64,000 nt of DNA from NCBI RefSeq assembly GCF_018350175.1, contig NC_058372.1, positions 41,354,001 through 41,418,000 of the forward strand, in the 5' to 3' direction. This DNA is from Felis catus. Its lineage: Eukaryota. This document shows, piece after piece, positions 1 through 13,486 of the stretch. Position 1 is the first letter of the stretch, and each line of letters opens with the position of its first letter. A program made the translations under genes and the position numbers. The notes beneath the pieces were generated by a model that was not told the origin of the DNA, ran no database searches, and worked only from the letters and a program-made list of their open reading frames with translations.

Positions 1-361
1 CACCTCCAACCTTGAAGTGTCCCCTACCCATTCACACTCTGGTTATTCCTTGCCACTGCTGCCCCAGTGGCTGCTGGAGTCAGGCCCACACAGTTTATCT
101 CACTCCTGCTCTCCGTGTCTTATACCTCAGTAAGATGTAAGTTCCTTAGGATAGAGTCAAGGCCTTGGATGTCTTTGATATTCCTCTTGGTATTGGCACA
201 GATCTAAGTATGTGGCTGGCCAACTCGGGACCAGAGTGGGAGTTATGTTCGGGTCTTGCCCCAAACTTTCCCAGAAGGGCTAGCTAAAATCCTGTGCTAG
301 GAACAGAAGTGGCCACATCTCTAGTCAGGACTCCATGTCCTGTCCCCGCCTTATCCCCCAG

Positions 362-1508
<1,147 letters not shown>

Positions 1509-1780
1509 GGGCCCTGAGCCTGAGCCCCGTCCCACAGTCTTATCCTGAGCAGGTACACAGGTGCTGGCTTGCACCTTGCTTATGTTCTCCTTTGTGGCTC
1601 TACCTCTCCCTCATTTCCCAGAGGGGAAAAGGGGACCCTGGGTTCTCCTTTGGAAACTGTGCTTTCTTGGGGAACATAGTCCTGAGGCTTCCCCAGAGCC
1701 AGGCCTCTGCTCTGGCCATCTTGCAGCTGGGATTCCAGGCAGGTTTTTCTGGCAAAGGAGCCCACGTGCACTTTCAGAGT

Positions 1781-1786
1781 TTTATT
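1781..1786 (-). terminator. DLK2: DLK2 polyadenylation signal AATAAA
   Basis: TTTATT on the plus strand, about 170 nt past the DLK2 stop codon. Confidence 0.7.
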
Positions 1787-1815
1787 TGATAAAATTTCCA
1801 TCTTACAGTCTATGT

Positions 1816-1821
1816 ATTAAA
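1816..1821 (+). terminator. ABCC10: ABCC10 polyadenylation signal ATTAAA
   Basis: ATTAAA about 310 nt after the stop, followed by a GT-rich tract (tttctggtgtg). Confidence 0.65.
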
Positions 1822-1952
1822 AAAATAATATTTCTGGTGTGAGGCTGAGGTCCCTCAGTGTGTGTACCCCAGGAGAGGGGTGGCGAGAAAGGGCTACTCC
1901 GGTCTGAGAAGCCAAGGAGGTGAGGGTGGGGGCCGGAAAGCCCCCACCTCCA

Positions 1953-4900
1953 TCACAGTGCTGTGGTCTTTCCAGGCTCAGGGGGCAAGTCAGGAGACAG
2001 GGAGAGCCCTGCTGGCAGCATGCTAACCTGACACTCTTGATCCTGGCGTGCTGGAGCATAGTGTGGGGCAGGGAAGCAGCAGGGTCCAGGGGGGCAGACA
2101 CCCCGGCGCCAGGCCCTCAGGGTCAGCAACATTGTGGACAGGACCAGAGCAGCAGTGAGGGCCCCAAATACCACCACGGCCACCAGGCTAGCTGCACCTA
2201 GCCCAGCCTCTTGCCTCCGCACCACCTCCTTCACTGAGATGCGCAGCAGACCTGCCCCCACACTGTAGGGGACAGGCCCCGTGGCAGGTACCGCCACAGC
2301 TGAGGTGGGCCCCGGGGGTATGTCCACTGTGGTGGCAGGATCTGGGACTGGTAAGATGAGCTCACAAGTCTTGCCGCCATAGCCACTGGGGCAGAGACAG
2401 TCAAAGTCATGGACACGGTCCCGACAGCGGGCCCCTCTCTGGCATGGGCGGCTGGCACAGTCATCCAGGTTGATGGTGCAGAAACGTCCAGCAAAGCCCT
2501 CAGGGCAGAGGCAGGAGAAGCGGTTTATGCCGTCCAGGCAGGTGGCGCCATTGGCACAAGGCCGCATCAGACAGTCGTCTACATTGACCTCACAGCGGGC
2601 ACCCACGAAGCCGGCCAAACAGCGGCAGGTGAAGTTGAGGGCAAAGCCCTGGTCGTCCTGGCACTGCCCACCGTTCCGGCATGGAGAGCTGCAGTGGGGG
2701 TGAAAGACGCCACTGATGCCAACTTGGCACCTGCAGGGTAGCCCAGGTCAGCATCCTGACCACCGCCACCCTTCTACCCCCTTTCTAGCTATGTCCCCTT
2801 GAGCCACTGTCTCCGAGCCTTGAACACCTCATTCTAAAAATGAGAGTAAGGGGGCTTCTGGCTGGCTCGGGTGGTAGAACATGCAGCTCTTGATCTTGGG
2901 GTTGTGAGTTCAAGTGCCACATTGGGCGCAGAGATTACTTAAAATCTTTTTTAGAAAATGAGAATAGTACCCAGCTTCCCAAACTGTGAGAGTTAAATGA
3001 GATAATCCAATGTCAAACAAAGGCCAGGCTCAAGGCAAGTGTGCTATTATTATCCTCATAAGCTCTCAGGCCTGAGGCAGAAATGAGGACAAGTCCAGCC
3101 CTGCAGCCCCATTTCTTCATTCACAGTGAGGCACAAGGCTGCTGTGTGCAACATCTTTAGGGGCTGTGTGCCAGCTTTCCCGAGGTAAAGTCCTACGTCC
3201 TCAACCTCCCCGCACCCACCTTCCCCACCAGAGCAGTCACACATTGATGAGTTACGCCTCCAGCTCCTACAGGTTTTTGTTGTTGGGGAAATGGTTCCGA
3301 TGGTACCCGAAAAGTTGAGAAACTGAACTGGGGACACTTTGGCAGGCTGGGGTTTTATCCTCAGGCGCCCCCATGTGGGACTTCTCCTCAGCCCTAACAC
3401 TTCACCACCACCCTCTCTACAGTCCTGCTTCTTCTCTGTCACCAGACTGTCCCTTAACCTCCCACTCACCCCCAGGCCAGCACTCACCCTGCCCGTTCAC
3501 AGGGTCCAGCCTTGCGCTCACAGTCATGCCCATGGAAGCCTGGTGGGCACACACAGTGGTACTCGCCGCCCCCATCATAGACACACTGGCCTCCATTCCG
3601 GCAGGGGGTCTGCGTGGTACAGATGTGCTCATCTGGAGAGAGACCGGGAAGGCTCTGGGATAGCCCCTCATCTGGCACCCAGACCTGCCCAGGCCCCACC
3701 CAAAACTCTGTGGGCATGACTTGCACTACAAACCCACCCAGAGCTTGTATGGTGCGGTGTGGGGAAACAACACTGAATCGGACTCTGGAGGCTCCTAGCC
3801 CTAGCACTGTCAACCTGTCTCAAAGTGATGGGGCAAGTTGTATCTCATCCATGGGCCTCAGTTTCCTCATTTGTAAAATGTGAGTATATTTTCAGCAGCT
3901 GCCTGGCTCACCTCACAGGATTATGTTGAGGCCCAATTTAGGCAACAGGTATAAAGTCCAAAATGATAAAATACCATGTATTTGAGGGTTTGAGCCAGAC
4001 ACAATAGGTATTAAATCTGGATGGATTTTTTCCTAAAACACACAGGGTCCCCAGCCCAACAACTAACCTCTCTACTCCCCTACCTTTGTCACAGAATTTG
4101 CCCGCCCAGCCACTGTGACAGATGCACTGCCAGGGCTGGTGGCAGGTACCGTGCTGGCAGCCAGGCATCCTCACACAGCGCTCACAGTGCAGCCCCTCCC
4201 AGCCTGGGTCACACCTGATGGGGAGAAGCACAGGAGCAGGGCTCTGGGTAGGGGAATCTGAGGAAATGGATGAGGGAGGACCAGATCTTCTAGAAAACAG
4301 GACCTATGAGAGCCCCTAAAGGGAAAGCTGGCCTATCCCAGGTAGGTATAGGGTTCTACAGGGTCAGAGGACATGCACATGGAATCAGACCATCAGACGC
4401 CAGCATGCAAGTCCTCGTTCTGCACTTTGTCTAACCTTTTTGGGCCTCAGTGTTCTCATCTGTAAACTGGAGATATGCTTGGCAGGGATGGGTTGAGGAA
4501 GAAATTAAGATATTTGTAAATAACCCCAGTGCCATTCCTAGCATGTCTGAGGTGCTCAGAAATGGCTTAAAAAGAGTGACCTTGAAAGGTCATCAGGACT
4601 ATCCTCCCATCCTAATTTCAGGACAAAGGTCTGAACTGTTTCAGAGTGTCCCAAACACTGCCAGCCCCTCCGGCCCCTTGCTCTGTCAGTTCATTTCCTT
4701 ATGTGCACTTTTCTCCTACTACAGACTTTGCCCATCCCCCACTCCAGTGAGTCAATTACTCAAATGCATCAAGAAAGATCCTCTTTCCTGAGTGCTTCTC
4801 CACAGCAACCCTTCCGCAGCTTTTCTCAGACTAAACCCATTCTCTTTATATCATTATCTCCCCCCTTTCCTCATGGGCCCCAATCTCCAAACTCTCTCAA

Positions 4901-5612
4901 GCTTCAGGTCTTCCTCCTGGTATCTTGAGGAGGAACATTTCAGAATGCTTGGATGAGCCTTGGGAGGGTAAAAAAGTGGGGAGGCATAAGCGAGAAGCAG
5001 CATCAAGAGAGGCAAAGCAGAGGAGAACTGGGGGTAAAGGAGAGGCTGACTAGTCTGTCCTGTGGCCATGAGGGAATAGGGAGTGAACAGCATGATTCTA
5101 AGCCCCTAGACATTCTGCCATGGGGCTTGACCTGGTTGTGGGTGTGGACCTGCTGGGAAACGGGGAACAAGGGGGTTTGGGAGCACGTGTTCGAGAGAGC
5201 TACCTGCAGGAGCCGTCAGGCGCGCAGCAGCCGTGGGCCAAGTCACAGTGGGAGCTGCAGTCATCAGCTGCAAGAGATTGACGTAGGACGGGTGAGACCG
5301 GGTTAGGGTTCGTCTCCCTGAGATGCGGGGCTTGGAGGACGAGGGGTCTCAGTAATTGGGGAGCTCCCCTTTGGGCTCAGGCAGAACAGAGACTCCTCGA
5401 ATTGCAACGGGACTACATGGGTCTCGCCAACCCCGCGGGTCGAGCGGCTGCAGTGCCGTCTCTGGCCGGCAGAGGTCAACGCGCAAGCGAGGGATGGCCG
5501 GGCAGGGCCGCGACCTGAGTCCGGGGGCGCGCTCACCTCGGGCAGGCTGAACGGGTGCCCCCAGGATGCACAACAGGCACACGAGATGTAGGCAGCGGCA
5601 GCCGCTGGGCAT
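1953..5612 (-). CDS. DLK2: Delta-like non-canonical Notch ligand 2, complete CDS (383 aa)
   Basis: Exons 5612-5537, 5267-5204, 4214-4084, 3632-3488 and 2688-1953 total 1152 nt, all GT-AG and phase-consistent. Signal peptide MPSGCRCLHLVCLLCILG, six EGF-like repeats, TM segment LVAVVVFGALTAALVLSTMLL, C-terminus EPGKTTAL. Confidence 0.97.
2851..2955 (+). mobile_element. Short tRNA-derived CanSINE inserted in a MIR
   Basis: GGGGC..GGCTGGCTCGG..GGTAGAACATG..CTCTTGATCTTGGGGTTGTGAGTTCAAG head; flanked by an aaaatgaga target-site duplication; MIR-like flanks about 2790-3055. Confidence 0.75.
3740..3940 (+). mobile_element. MIR SINE fragment
   Basis: MIR core gggcctcagtttcctcatttgtaaaatg. Confidence 0.7.
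4420..4570 (+). mobile_element. MIR SINE fragment
   Basis: gggcctcagtgttctcatctgtaaactggaga core. Confidence 0.6.
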
Positions 5613-6560
5613 GGTCAGCGCCGGCCCCAGGAGGACGGACGGATGGACGGCCGGACTTGCGGACACCTGTGGGACGGCACAGGCTGGGAGGCGGCCGGAC
5701 CTGGATTCCGGTTCTGAGTGATAGGAGCCGAGGGGGAAGAGGGTCGTCCGGACAGAAGGAGGTGGGGGCAGCAGGAGGGCGGAGGCGGGGAAGACTGAGC
5801 AGGCGAGGAGACTGGAGCCAGGAGCCCGGGAGTGGGCTCTGTGGGAAGGAAGCGAAGGATGGGCAGCGCCGAGCGAGGTCAGGCGCTGGAGGGGCCCGGG
5901 CAGGGAACGCAGTCCGCAAGGAGGACTCCGTGGGGATGGGGACAGCGTCGAGAGATGGCCTCGGGCACGAAGGGGACGCGGGGGCCGGTTCCGGGCAGCG
6001 AGCAGTCTCCGCCCCCCACCTCAACCCCCCTCCCCCCGCCCGCCCCGGGACTTGCTCCCACGTTCCCTTCCTGTCTCCGCCGCACTCGGTTCGGCCGCGG
6101 CGCGGGGCCTGGACTCCCCAGAGCGCCCCTAGCCCTGCGCGCCCCTGCGCTCGCGGTGCTCACCTCGGGCTGGGAGGCAGCGCGCCCCGGGACGCAGAGC
6201 GGGGCCGGATCCGACGGGCTCCGCCGAGGGCCGGGGCGCTGGGCCGCCCCTAGCGGGCCTCGGAGACGGGCGCCGAGGCGGCTGCCATGCGAGCGGAGCG
6301 CTAGGAATCTGGGGCTCAAGGCGGCCCCGAGCGGCAGCGGCTGCGGCCGCTCCTCGCGCGCGATCAGGCCGCCTGCCAGGGGCGGCGTGTGCCGGCGGAG
6401 CCCTCCTCCCCCTCCCGGAGCTGCCGCCGACCCGCCCCCCACCCGCCCGCGTCGGGCGCCCACCCCCGGCGACGCAAGGCGCACACCTCGCCCCTGCGCT
6501 CGCCGGTTCCCTGGCGCCCCCCGCGCCCCCCGGGGCCTCCACCCTTCTCTGCCACCTAAC
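5330..6560 (-). promoter_or_regulatory. DLK2: DLK2 CpG island/promoter with candidate non-coding first exons
   Basis: Very GC- and CpG-rich. Acceptor before 5666; minus-strand donors CGAG|GTGAGC (exon ending 6164) and CGAG|GTGTGC (exon ending 6487); GC boxes. Confidence 0.8.
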
Positions 6561-7699
6561 CTCTCCGAACCTCGCTTTCTTCAAAGAAAGGAGGAAATTA
6601 GAGGGATCTAGATGGAAGCAGACTGCCAAGTGCCGGCCAAATGTGCACTGCCGTTATTCTCCCATCTTGCATCCCCGCTATCCTGACCCGCGCCCCTCAC
6701 CCAGTGCCCCACCTCTGCTCTCGCCAGTCAGCTTCCCATCACGCTTCTCTTTTATATCCCTTGTACGCTTAGGGCACCCTTGCGCCTCCAGGCCCTCCTC
6801 CTGTCACCAGCCCACGCCTCCTCCGTTTGTAAATCCTACATCACCTGCTTCGTCGGTCTGCTCTTCTCCTCCTCCACGCCCTCCGCTTCTTTCTTCATTG
6901 CCATCCGCGGCATTCCAGGATTGACCCTTGCCAATCTAAGGATCAGCCTCATCCCTCCCTCCGTCAGATCTGTCTTTTCCACCCCATCCCTTTCTGCGAC
7001 CACTACTGGGAAGACTTTCTGGACGGGAACGCCCCTGACTTCTGTAGATGTGCCCCCCGCAAGTTCCCACCTCTGTACTCGAGTCATATCCATTCTTGAA
7101 CTCAGGCTAATTGTCAACTGCCCAAATCCAGAGCTCATACTGAGAGAGTTAATCTGCAGGTGGGGGAAGGACTACTCCTCCAGGCTGATGGCTCAGAGAC
7201 ACCTGTGTAAGGCAAGGACAGGAAACAATTTCCTGTTCTCGAAGGGCAAGAGGGCAGAGGGCAGGGACGCCATTGCCCATCTTCTAGTCCTTCAGATCAA
7301 GATTTCACCATCTTTAATTTCAAAACATTGGAAGGAGGAGTCCCTAGCCCGTGTAGAGCAGCTGCCTACAGACACCGGCAACACACAAGGGTGGAGCCCC
7401 CGGACTAATTTTTCTTGCAGCCTCCATTGCACCCACCCCATCTCTCCAGCCAACTTCCCCGAAACTCTGATCATCTCTTTTCCGAAGAGCTTTCTGAATT
7501 TGAGTAATACCATGACTCAAATCATTCATTTAAGTGTTGTTGTTGTTGTTTTTAGTGAAAAATTGCAAACGACCTACACTGTAGGCCAAATAGATTATGG
7601 CATGTAAACACTACCTGACTACTAAGAATCACCTTTTGAAGTCCAAAGATGTCCAAAGAGCTAAGAATATGTTAAGTGTGTGTGTTGGGGGGAGGGGAG

Positions 7700-8330
7700 C
7701 AAGAACAAAGCAGAACTTATCTCATTATTGGCAGTGATTTTTTTCTGAATGATGGAATTATGGATTTTTTTTCTTATTGATGCTTTTCAGCATTTTCCAC
7801 AATGAATGCGCACTTTTTTTTATTATTATAAAAGAAATGCAATAATATTTTAAAAACTTTTAGAATAAAGTCAAAAAGAAAAAAATCACTCATTATCCTC
7901 CTGGCCACTGTTGTTGTTTTGAACATTTTTCCTATCCAGATGTTTTTATACAGGATCTATAATGTTGTATCCTGCTTTTTTAAAAACTTCATGTTTTTAA
8001 AGGCTATTGATTGATAGCCTCAAAGTCATAACTTTTTATGGCTGTAGGGTATTCCATTAAATAGGTATACTGTAATTTTTATTTAATCTAGCCCTCATTA
8101 TTGGATATTTAGGTTGTTTACATTTTTTGCTATGATAAGTTCACTCAACAAATATTTACTGAGCATCCATGTGCTTCTACTATATGCCAGACATCATTGT
8201 AGGCACTGGGGATACGGCTCCCAGATAAATAGTGCCACAAATTTTCATGCATACAGTTTTTTCCATGGTTTAAGTTATTTTCTTAAGATAGAGTCTAAAT
8301 TGATGAGTGACTGAGTCAAAGAAGTTGTGA
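7700..8330. mobile_element. Degenerate old L1 (L1ME-like) fragments with a nested L2 tail
   Basis: AT-rich L1M 3'-end-like phrases (gggtattccatt, ttggatatttaggttgttt, tttttgctatgata). L2 tail tcactcaacaaatatttactgagc at about 8141-8220. Confidence 0.5.
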
Positions 8331-8558
8331 AAAATGAACAGTTCCTTTTCATTAATGAAATTCATTGACATTCACCAATGAAACAATACAGATATTTGAA
8401 GCTTTGAAGTTGATGGCATCAGATTACATTGCTCACTACTCCCTCATGCTTTGAAGATTTTAGCACCTGGCTTGTTGTCACTCTCTTTACTCCCACTGGC
8501 ATCAACTTCTCGGTGATTCTTGATGACTCAGTATCACATAGACAATTCTTCCAATAAA

Positions 8559-9311
8559 TGTGATAAGTTTGTTTGCAAAGATGGCCACTCCACTGTCTCC
8601 TGTCCCACGTGACCCTTTGTAGTGATTTTGCTGCTCCTCCCAGCAAGAAGTGGAGTCTTTCTTTAACCCCTTGAATCTGGGCTGGCCTTCTGACTTGCTT
8701 TGATTAATGAATGGTAGCAGAAATGACATCGTGTGAGTCCCCAGAGTCTGGGCCTCAAGAGACCTTGCAGCTTGCCTCTTTGCCCTCTTAGAAAACTTCC
8801 AACAAGATGTAAAGAAGTCCAGTCTGCCCTACTGGAAGATGAGAAGCTCCATGGAGCCTTGAGGTGCCCTGGCCAATAACCACCAGACATGTGAGGTCAC
8901 ATTAGCCATCTCCAGTCAAGCTTCCAGATGACTGCAGCCACATGAATGAGCCCAGGCAAGACCAACAAAAGAACTACTGAACTGAGCTCATATTACCATG
9001 GGTTGTTGTTGTTGTTGTTATTGTTGTTGTTGTTTTAACATTTATTTATTATTGAGAGAGAGAGAGCGAGAGAAGAGCACAAGTGGGGGAGGGGCAGAGA
9101 TGGGGAAGACAGAGGATCCAAAGCAGGCTCCACACTGTGAGCACAGAACCCGATGTGTGGCTCGAACTCCTAAACCATGAGCTCATGGTCTGAGCCAAAA
9201 TCAAGAGTTGGCCACCTAACCAACTGAGCCACCCAGGTGCCCCAATGGTGGTAGTTTTAAGCCACTATATTTAGGAGTACTTTGTTAATATGGCAATAGA
9301 TAACTGATAAA
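8559..9311 (+). mobile_element. MaLR solo LTR (MLT1-type) interrupted by a CanSINE
   Basis: MLT1 hallmarks caaagatggcca, ccccttgaatctgggctggcctt.tgacttgctttga, and terminal gttttaagccact..tgtta..gcaatagataactgata. Confidence 0.75.
9002..9243 (-). mobile_element. CanSINE whose tail has become (GTT)n
   Basis: Reverse-complement head ...ctgagccacccaggtgcccc; (GA)n body; (GTT)n at about 9002-9034. Confidence 0.85.
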
Positions 9312-9429
9312 ACTGGCTTCCATTTCCTCAATTTCTTCTCCACCAATGGGAAAGATGGTCACCAAAGGCTTTTTACTATAAGTAGCTTCACATACTTCAT
9401 AATCTCAGTTTTAAGTATCATACTTTCTT

Positions 9430-9543
9430 TTTAAAAATTTACTTTTTTTTTTTTAAGAAGACTCCATGCCCAACATGGGACTTGAACTCATGACCTTGAG
9501 ATTTAGAGTCACATGCTCTACTTGCTGAGCCAGCCTAGCACCC
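9430..9543 (-). mobile_element. Short CanSINE
   Basis: cttgaactcatgaccttgagattta..gagtcacatgctcta..ctgagccagcc with a poly-T tail. Confidence 0.75.
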
Positions 9544-9868
9544 TGTATCATACTTTCTTATTATCAACTCTTCTGTTTCCAGCCCATGCCCTTAGTACCA
9601 GGACTCAAACAATTCTAGATATTTAGATTATGTTTACTTTTTTGCCATTATAAATGCATTCAACTATATTGAATTGGATCCACTGGGATGACTCCTAAGG
9701 GCCACATTACAATTTTTGTGAGTTCCAGGCACTTCGTCTTCATGGGTCCCTCTGAAAAAGGATATTAAAAATTATATTTATGATTGCACTGGTATAAAGA
9801 TGAATGTAATCCTGGCTGGATTCATTATTGTGTATTTGTTTTTATTACAGTCATCTTTTCTTCTAATT

Positions 9869-10106
9869 GTTTTTATGTTTTTATTTTATTTTTGAGAGAG
9901 AGAGAAAGTGAGAGAGAGACAGAGAGACAGAGAGACAGAGCATGAGCAGGGATGGGGCAGAGAGAGAGGGAGACACAGAACCTGAAGCAGGCTCCAGGCT
10001 CTGAGCTGTCAGCATAGAGCCCAATGCGGGGCTCGAACCCACGAACTGTGAGATCATGACCTGAGCTGAAGTTGGATGCTTAACCGACTGAGCCACCCAG
10101 GCACCC
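9869..10106 (-). mobile_element. CanSINE (SINEC_Fc-like)
   Basis: Full-length element flanked by an atcttttcttctaatt duplication (about 9853-9868 and 10108-10123). Confidence 0.92.
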
Positions 10107-10967
10107 TATCTTTTCTTCTAATTTTAAAATGAAATTAAAACATTTTGTAGACCCCTAAAAGTATCCTGGACCTCAGGCATTGTGCCTCCTGTGGATAAAC
10201 TGACCTTGTCTCTTATTCATTGATGCTATCTCCTTGTTGTTGTCCCCTACCCCCATCACATCCAGCTCTCCCTCCTTACTCTACTCTTATTCCACGATCT
10301 ATCATTACCATCAATTCCTTGCACACACCAACTTCCTGGCTCCTCTCTCCCATCATATTCATCCAGCAAAACCCCACCCCTGTGGCTTCTCCAGCCTGCA
10401 CCCAAGTGGCCAAAGGCGGCTGGAAAAAACACATCTCCAGGCTGACTGGGCTCACTTAAAATTCATGCCCCTCAAAGGTCCTTTGTGTTAACCACCAATG
10501 CTCCTGCATTTCCTCAGTTCTGTGCACTCTCCCACCTTCCCTGAAAGCTGTTTTTACCTTCTCCTCTCTCCTCCAACCTCCAACCACTCCTCCTTTCTCC
10601 TCACTCTGCTGGTGGTCTTCCTTCCAACTTCATGGAGAAAATAGAAGCAATCTGAAGAGAATTTCTACATGCTTCTACCGCCTACATGCAGCTGTTTCCA
10701 TACACTGCCATCCCTCCTGTTACCATAGATGCACTGCCTGTGTTCTTACCGAGGTATAAGCCCCTCCACCCGGGCCCTGGTTCTCATCCTTTTCACAGTG
10801 TAACTGCAGGGCTCCCCAGTTCTCCCTATCTCTTCTATATCAGCAGTTTGCTATGGGATCCTCTTTCCCATCTTAACATAAATAAATGTCCTCGCTCAGT
10901 CCCACGTTCTCTTCCAGCGACATTTTCCCGCTCCCCTTTACTGAAAACTCTTCAAAAATATTTGTCT

Positions 10968-11170
10968 GGGGTACCTGGGTGGCACAGTCAGTTGGGCAAC
11001 CAACTCTTGATCTCGGCTCAGGTCATGATCTCACAGTTCGTGGGTTCGAGCCTCACAACGGGTTCTGCACTGATAGTGTGGAGCCTGCTTGGAATTCTGT
11101 CTCTCTTTCTCTCTGCCCCTCCCCTGCTTGCACTCACTCTCTCTCTCTCAAAATAAATAAACTTAAAAAC
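10968..11170 (+). mobile_element. CanSINE
   Basis: GGGGTACCTGGGTGGCACAGTC head, (CT)n, AATAAATAAA tail; TSD aaatatttgtct. Confidence 0.9.
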
Positions 11171-12034
11171 AAATATTTGTCTGTGCTTGTTGTCTTTACC
11201 TCTTCTTCTCTCAATTTCTCTTGAACCCTCTCACCCCACCACTCCACTGGAATTACTCTCGTCAAGGTCACCAATGCCCTCACTGTTGTCAAATCCAATG
11301 ATGACTTCTCAGGCTTCATTACAGTGGCTCTGTAAGCTGCGTCTGACACAGTCGTCCCCGGGCTTCTAGGATCCTTCTCATTGGCTTTTCCATCCTACCT
11401 CAATGGCTGTCCCCTCCCCACCCCCACTCCCAGTCTCCTCTGCTTTCTTCTCATCTTTCCAATTTCTTCTGCATCCCCAGGGCTCAACCTTCAGACCTCT
11501 TCTCTTTTCTACCTTCGCTCATTTCCATCATGATCACGTCCAGCCTAATGGAGTCTTAATTAAGTCCTATCTATAAGCTGAGTTCTTATTTCCCGAGTTC
11601 ATACTTCCAGCCAAGATTTCTTCTTGAAATACAGATTCATGTATCTGACTGCCTGCTTGACACCTCCACTTGGATTATCCAACAGGCAGCTCACACTTAC
11701 CATGTTCAAATACAAACTCTTGACTTTCAGCCTCAAACAGGCTTCCTATGTTAGTCTATCTAGATCAGTAAGTGTCTGTTCCATCTATTCAGTGTTTTAG
11801 ACCAAAATCTTTGGCATGATACTTGACTTTCCTTTTTCTTTCACATCCCACATCCTGCAAATCCTGTTGGCTCTGCCTCCAACTTCATCCAGAATCTGAC
11901 CACTTTTCACAATCTGACCTCTGACATCTGGTCCAAGCCCCATCATCTCTCGTTGCCTGGACTACCACAACAGCTTCTTAATGCGTCTTTTATTATCACG
12001 TAGTAGCTGGGGTGATCCTGATAAAATAAGAAGC

Positions 12035-12298
12035 CAGCAAAATGCACTGTGGTATCCTAAATCAGATTCTGAAACAGAAAAAGATCATCAGTGGAAATAC
12101 TGGTGAAGTCTGAGTAAAATTTGGAGTTTAGACTACACTAAGCTACCATTGCTGGCTTTTTCAGTTTGACAAATGTACCACAGTAATGTCTAATATTAAC
12201 ATTAGGGGAATCTGGGTAAATGGTGTATGGGAACTGTCTATTATCTTTGCAGCTTTATTTTAAATCTAAAATTATTTGAAAATAAAGTTTATTTGAAA
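12035..12298 (+). mobile_element. L1MC-like 3' end fragment
   Basis: tttgacaaatgtacca..taatattaacattagggga..tatgggaact..tctttgcagct..aaatctaaaattat..aaataaagttt. Confidence 0.7.
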
Positions 12299-12754
12299 GG
12301 TGGAAGTTAGATGATGTCACATCTCTGCTCAAAACCTTCCAGTGGATCCCATCTGGCTTTATCTCCTATATTCTCCTTGTTTCAGTCTGCTCCAGCTAAA
12401 CTGGCCTCTGTGTTGATTCTTGAACACATCAAGCATGCTCCCTGCCTCAGGACCTTTGCACTAGCTGCTTCCTCTGCCTAGAATGCTCTTACCCAGATAT
12501 TTTCATAGCTTACTCCCTTCTTTCATTCAGTTCTCTGCTCAAGTTTCATGGTAGTAAAGAGGCCCTTGCCGATCACCCTGTGTAATAATCCCACCCTCAC
12601 CCTGGCATATTTCCCTTATCCTGCTTTATTTTTCTCTACAATGTTTTTCTCTACCTGGCATACACATCTATTATATATTGACTGGTTCCCTCCACTTTGT
12701 GAGGGCAAGGGCTTTGTTTTTTGGTTGCTATTTTTCTTTAAAGATTAAACGTCT

Positions 12755-13085
12755 TTTTTATATTTTGTTTTATTTTTGAGAGCGAGACGGCGGGGAGGGT
12801 CAGAGAGAGGGAGACAAAGGATCTGAAGCGGGCTCCATGCTGACAGCTGAGAGCCCAAGCGAGGCTGGAACTCACGAACTATGAGATATGACCTGAGCCA
12901 AAGTTGGACAATCCAACTGATCCAGCCGTCCAGTCGCCCCTAAAAATTGTTTTGGCCCCTAAAGATTTTTTTTAAAAGCTTTTATTTATTTATGTAAGTA
13001 ATCTCTACACCCATGGTGGGGCTCAAACTCATGACCCCGAGATTAAGAGTGGTATGCTTTTCTGACTGAGCCAACCAGGGGCCCA
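12755..13085 (-). mobile_element. Two adjacent CanSINEs (12755-12940 long form, 12965-13085 short form)
   Basis: Two reverse-oriented tRNA-derived heads, each with a T-rich tail. Confidence 0.8.
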
Positions 13086-13486
13086 GCCCTGTTTTGTTTA
13101 CTTCTGTAAGTAGCTCTTGATTTATCATGTCATGTCTTATACTGTTTGGCACTGAATTTGCACTCTTATTTGCCTTAGTTTTTGTCTTTATTGAGATTCA
13201 AGTCTATTTCATGGGCAGGAGGAAGGCTTTAGGTTGATGGTGTGCTCCCTGCTTTCTCATAACCTGGAAGAAGAAAAAACAAAATTTCTATGGGCCGGGC
13301 CCTTCTGTTGCATCCTCCCTACAACCCTGCAAGATGGGCATTGCTATTGTTTCGACTTTGTGGATGAGGGAGGAGAAGATAACAAGGGCTTGGGTGCCCT
13401 CCCCAAGGTCGCAGAACGAGTGAGTGATGAAGCCAGGTGTCAGACCCAGGCGTGCTTCTCCCGTGCCATTCATTGTTCCTAGGCAA

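Larger units (their letters stand above)
10230..13100 (+). mobile_element. Long degraded L2 LINE with nested younger insertions
   Basis: L2 phrases gtcaaggtcaccaatg, aaatcctgttggctctgcctcc, ctctgctcaaaaccttccagtgg and ggacctttgcactagctgcttcctctgcctagaatgctctt, interrupted by SINEs and an L1 fragment. Boundaries approximate. Confidence 0.7.

Noticed and set aside
5533-6629. Several overlapping 160-260 aa Arg/Pro/Gly-rich ORFs
   Set aside because: Expected from stop-codon depletion in a CpG island.
6780-7607. 275-aa ORF divergent from DLK2
   Set aside because: Non-ATG start, no recognisable domain, low-complexity composition and no supporting splice structure; most likely a chance ORF.
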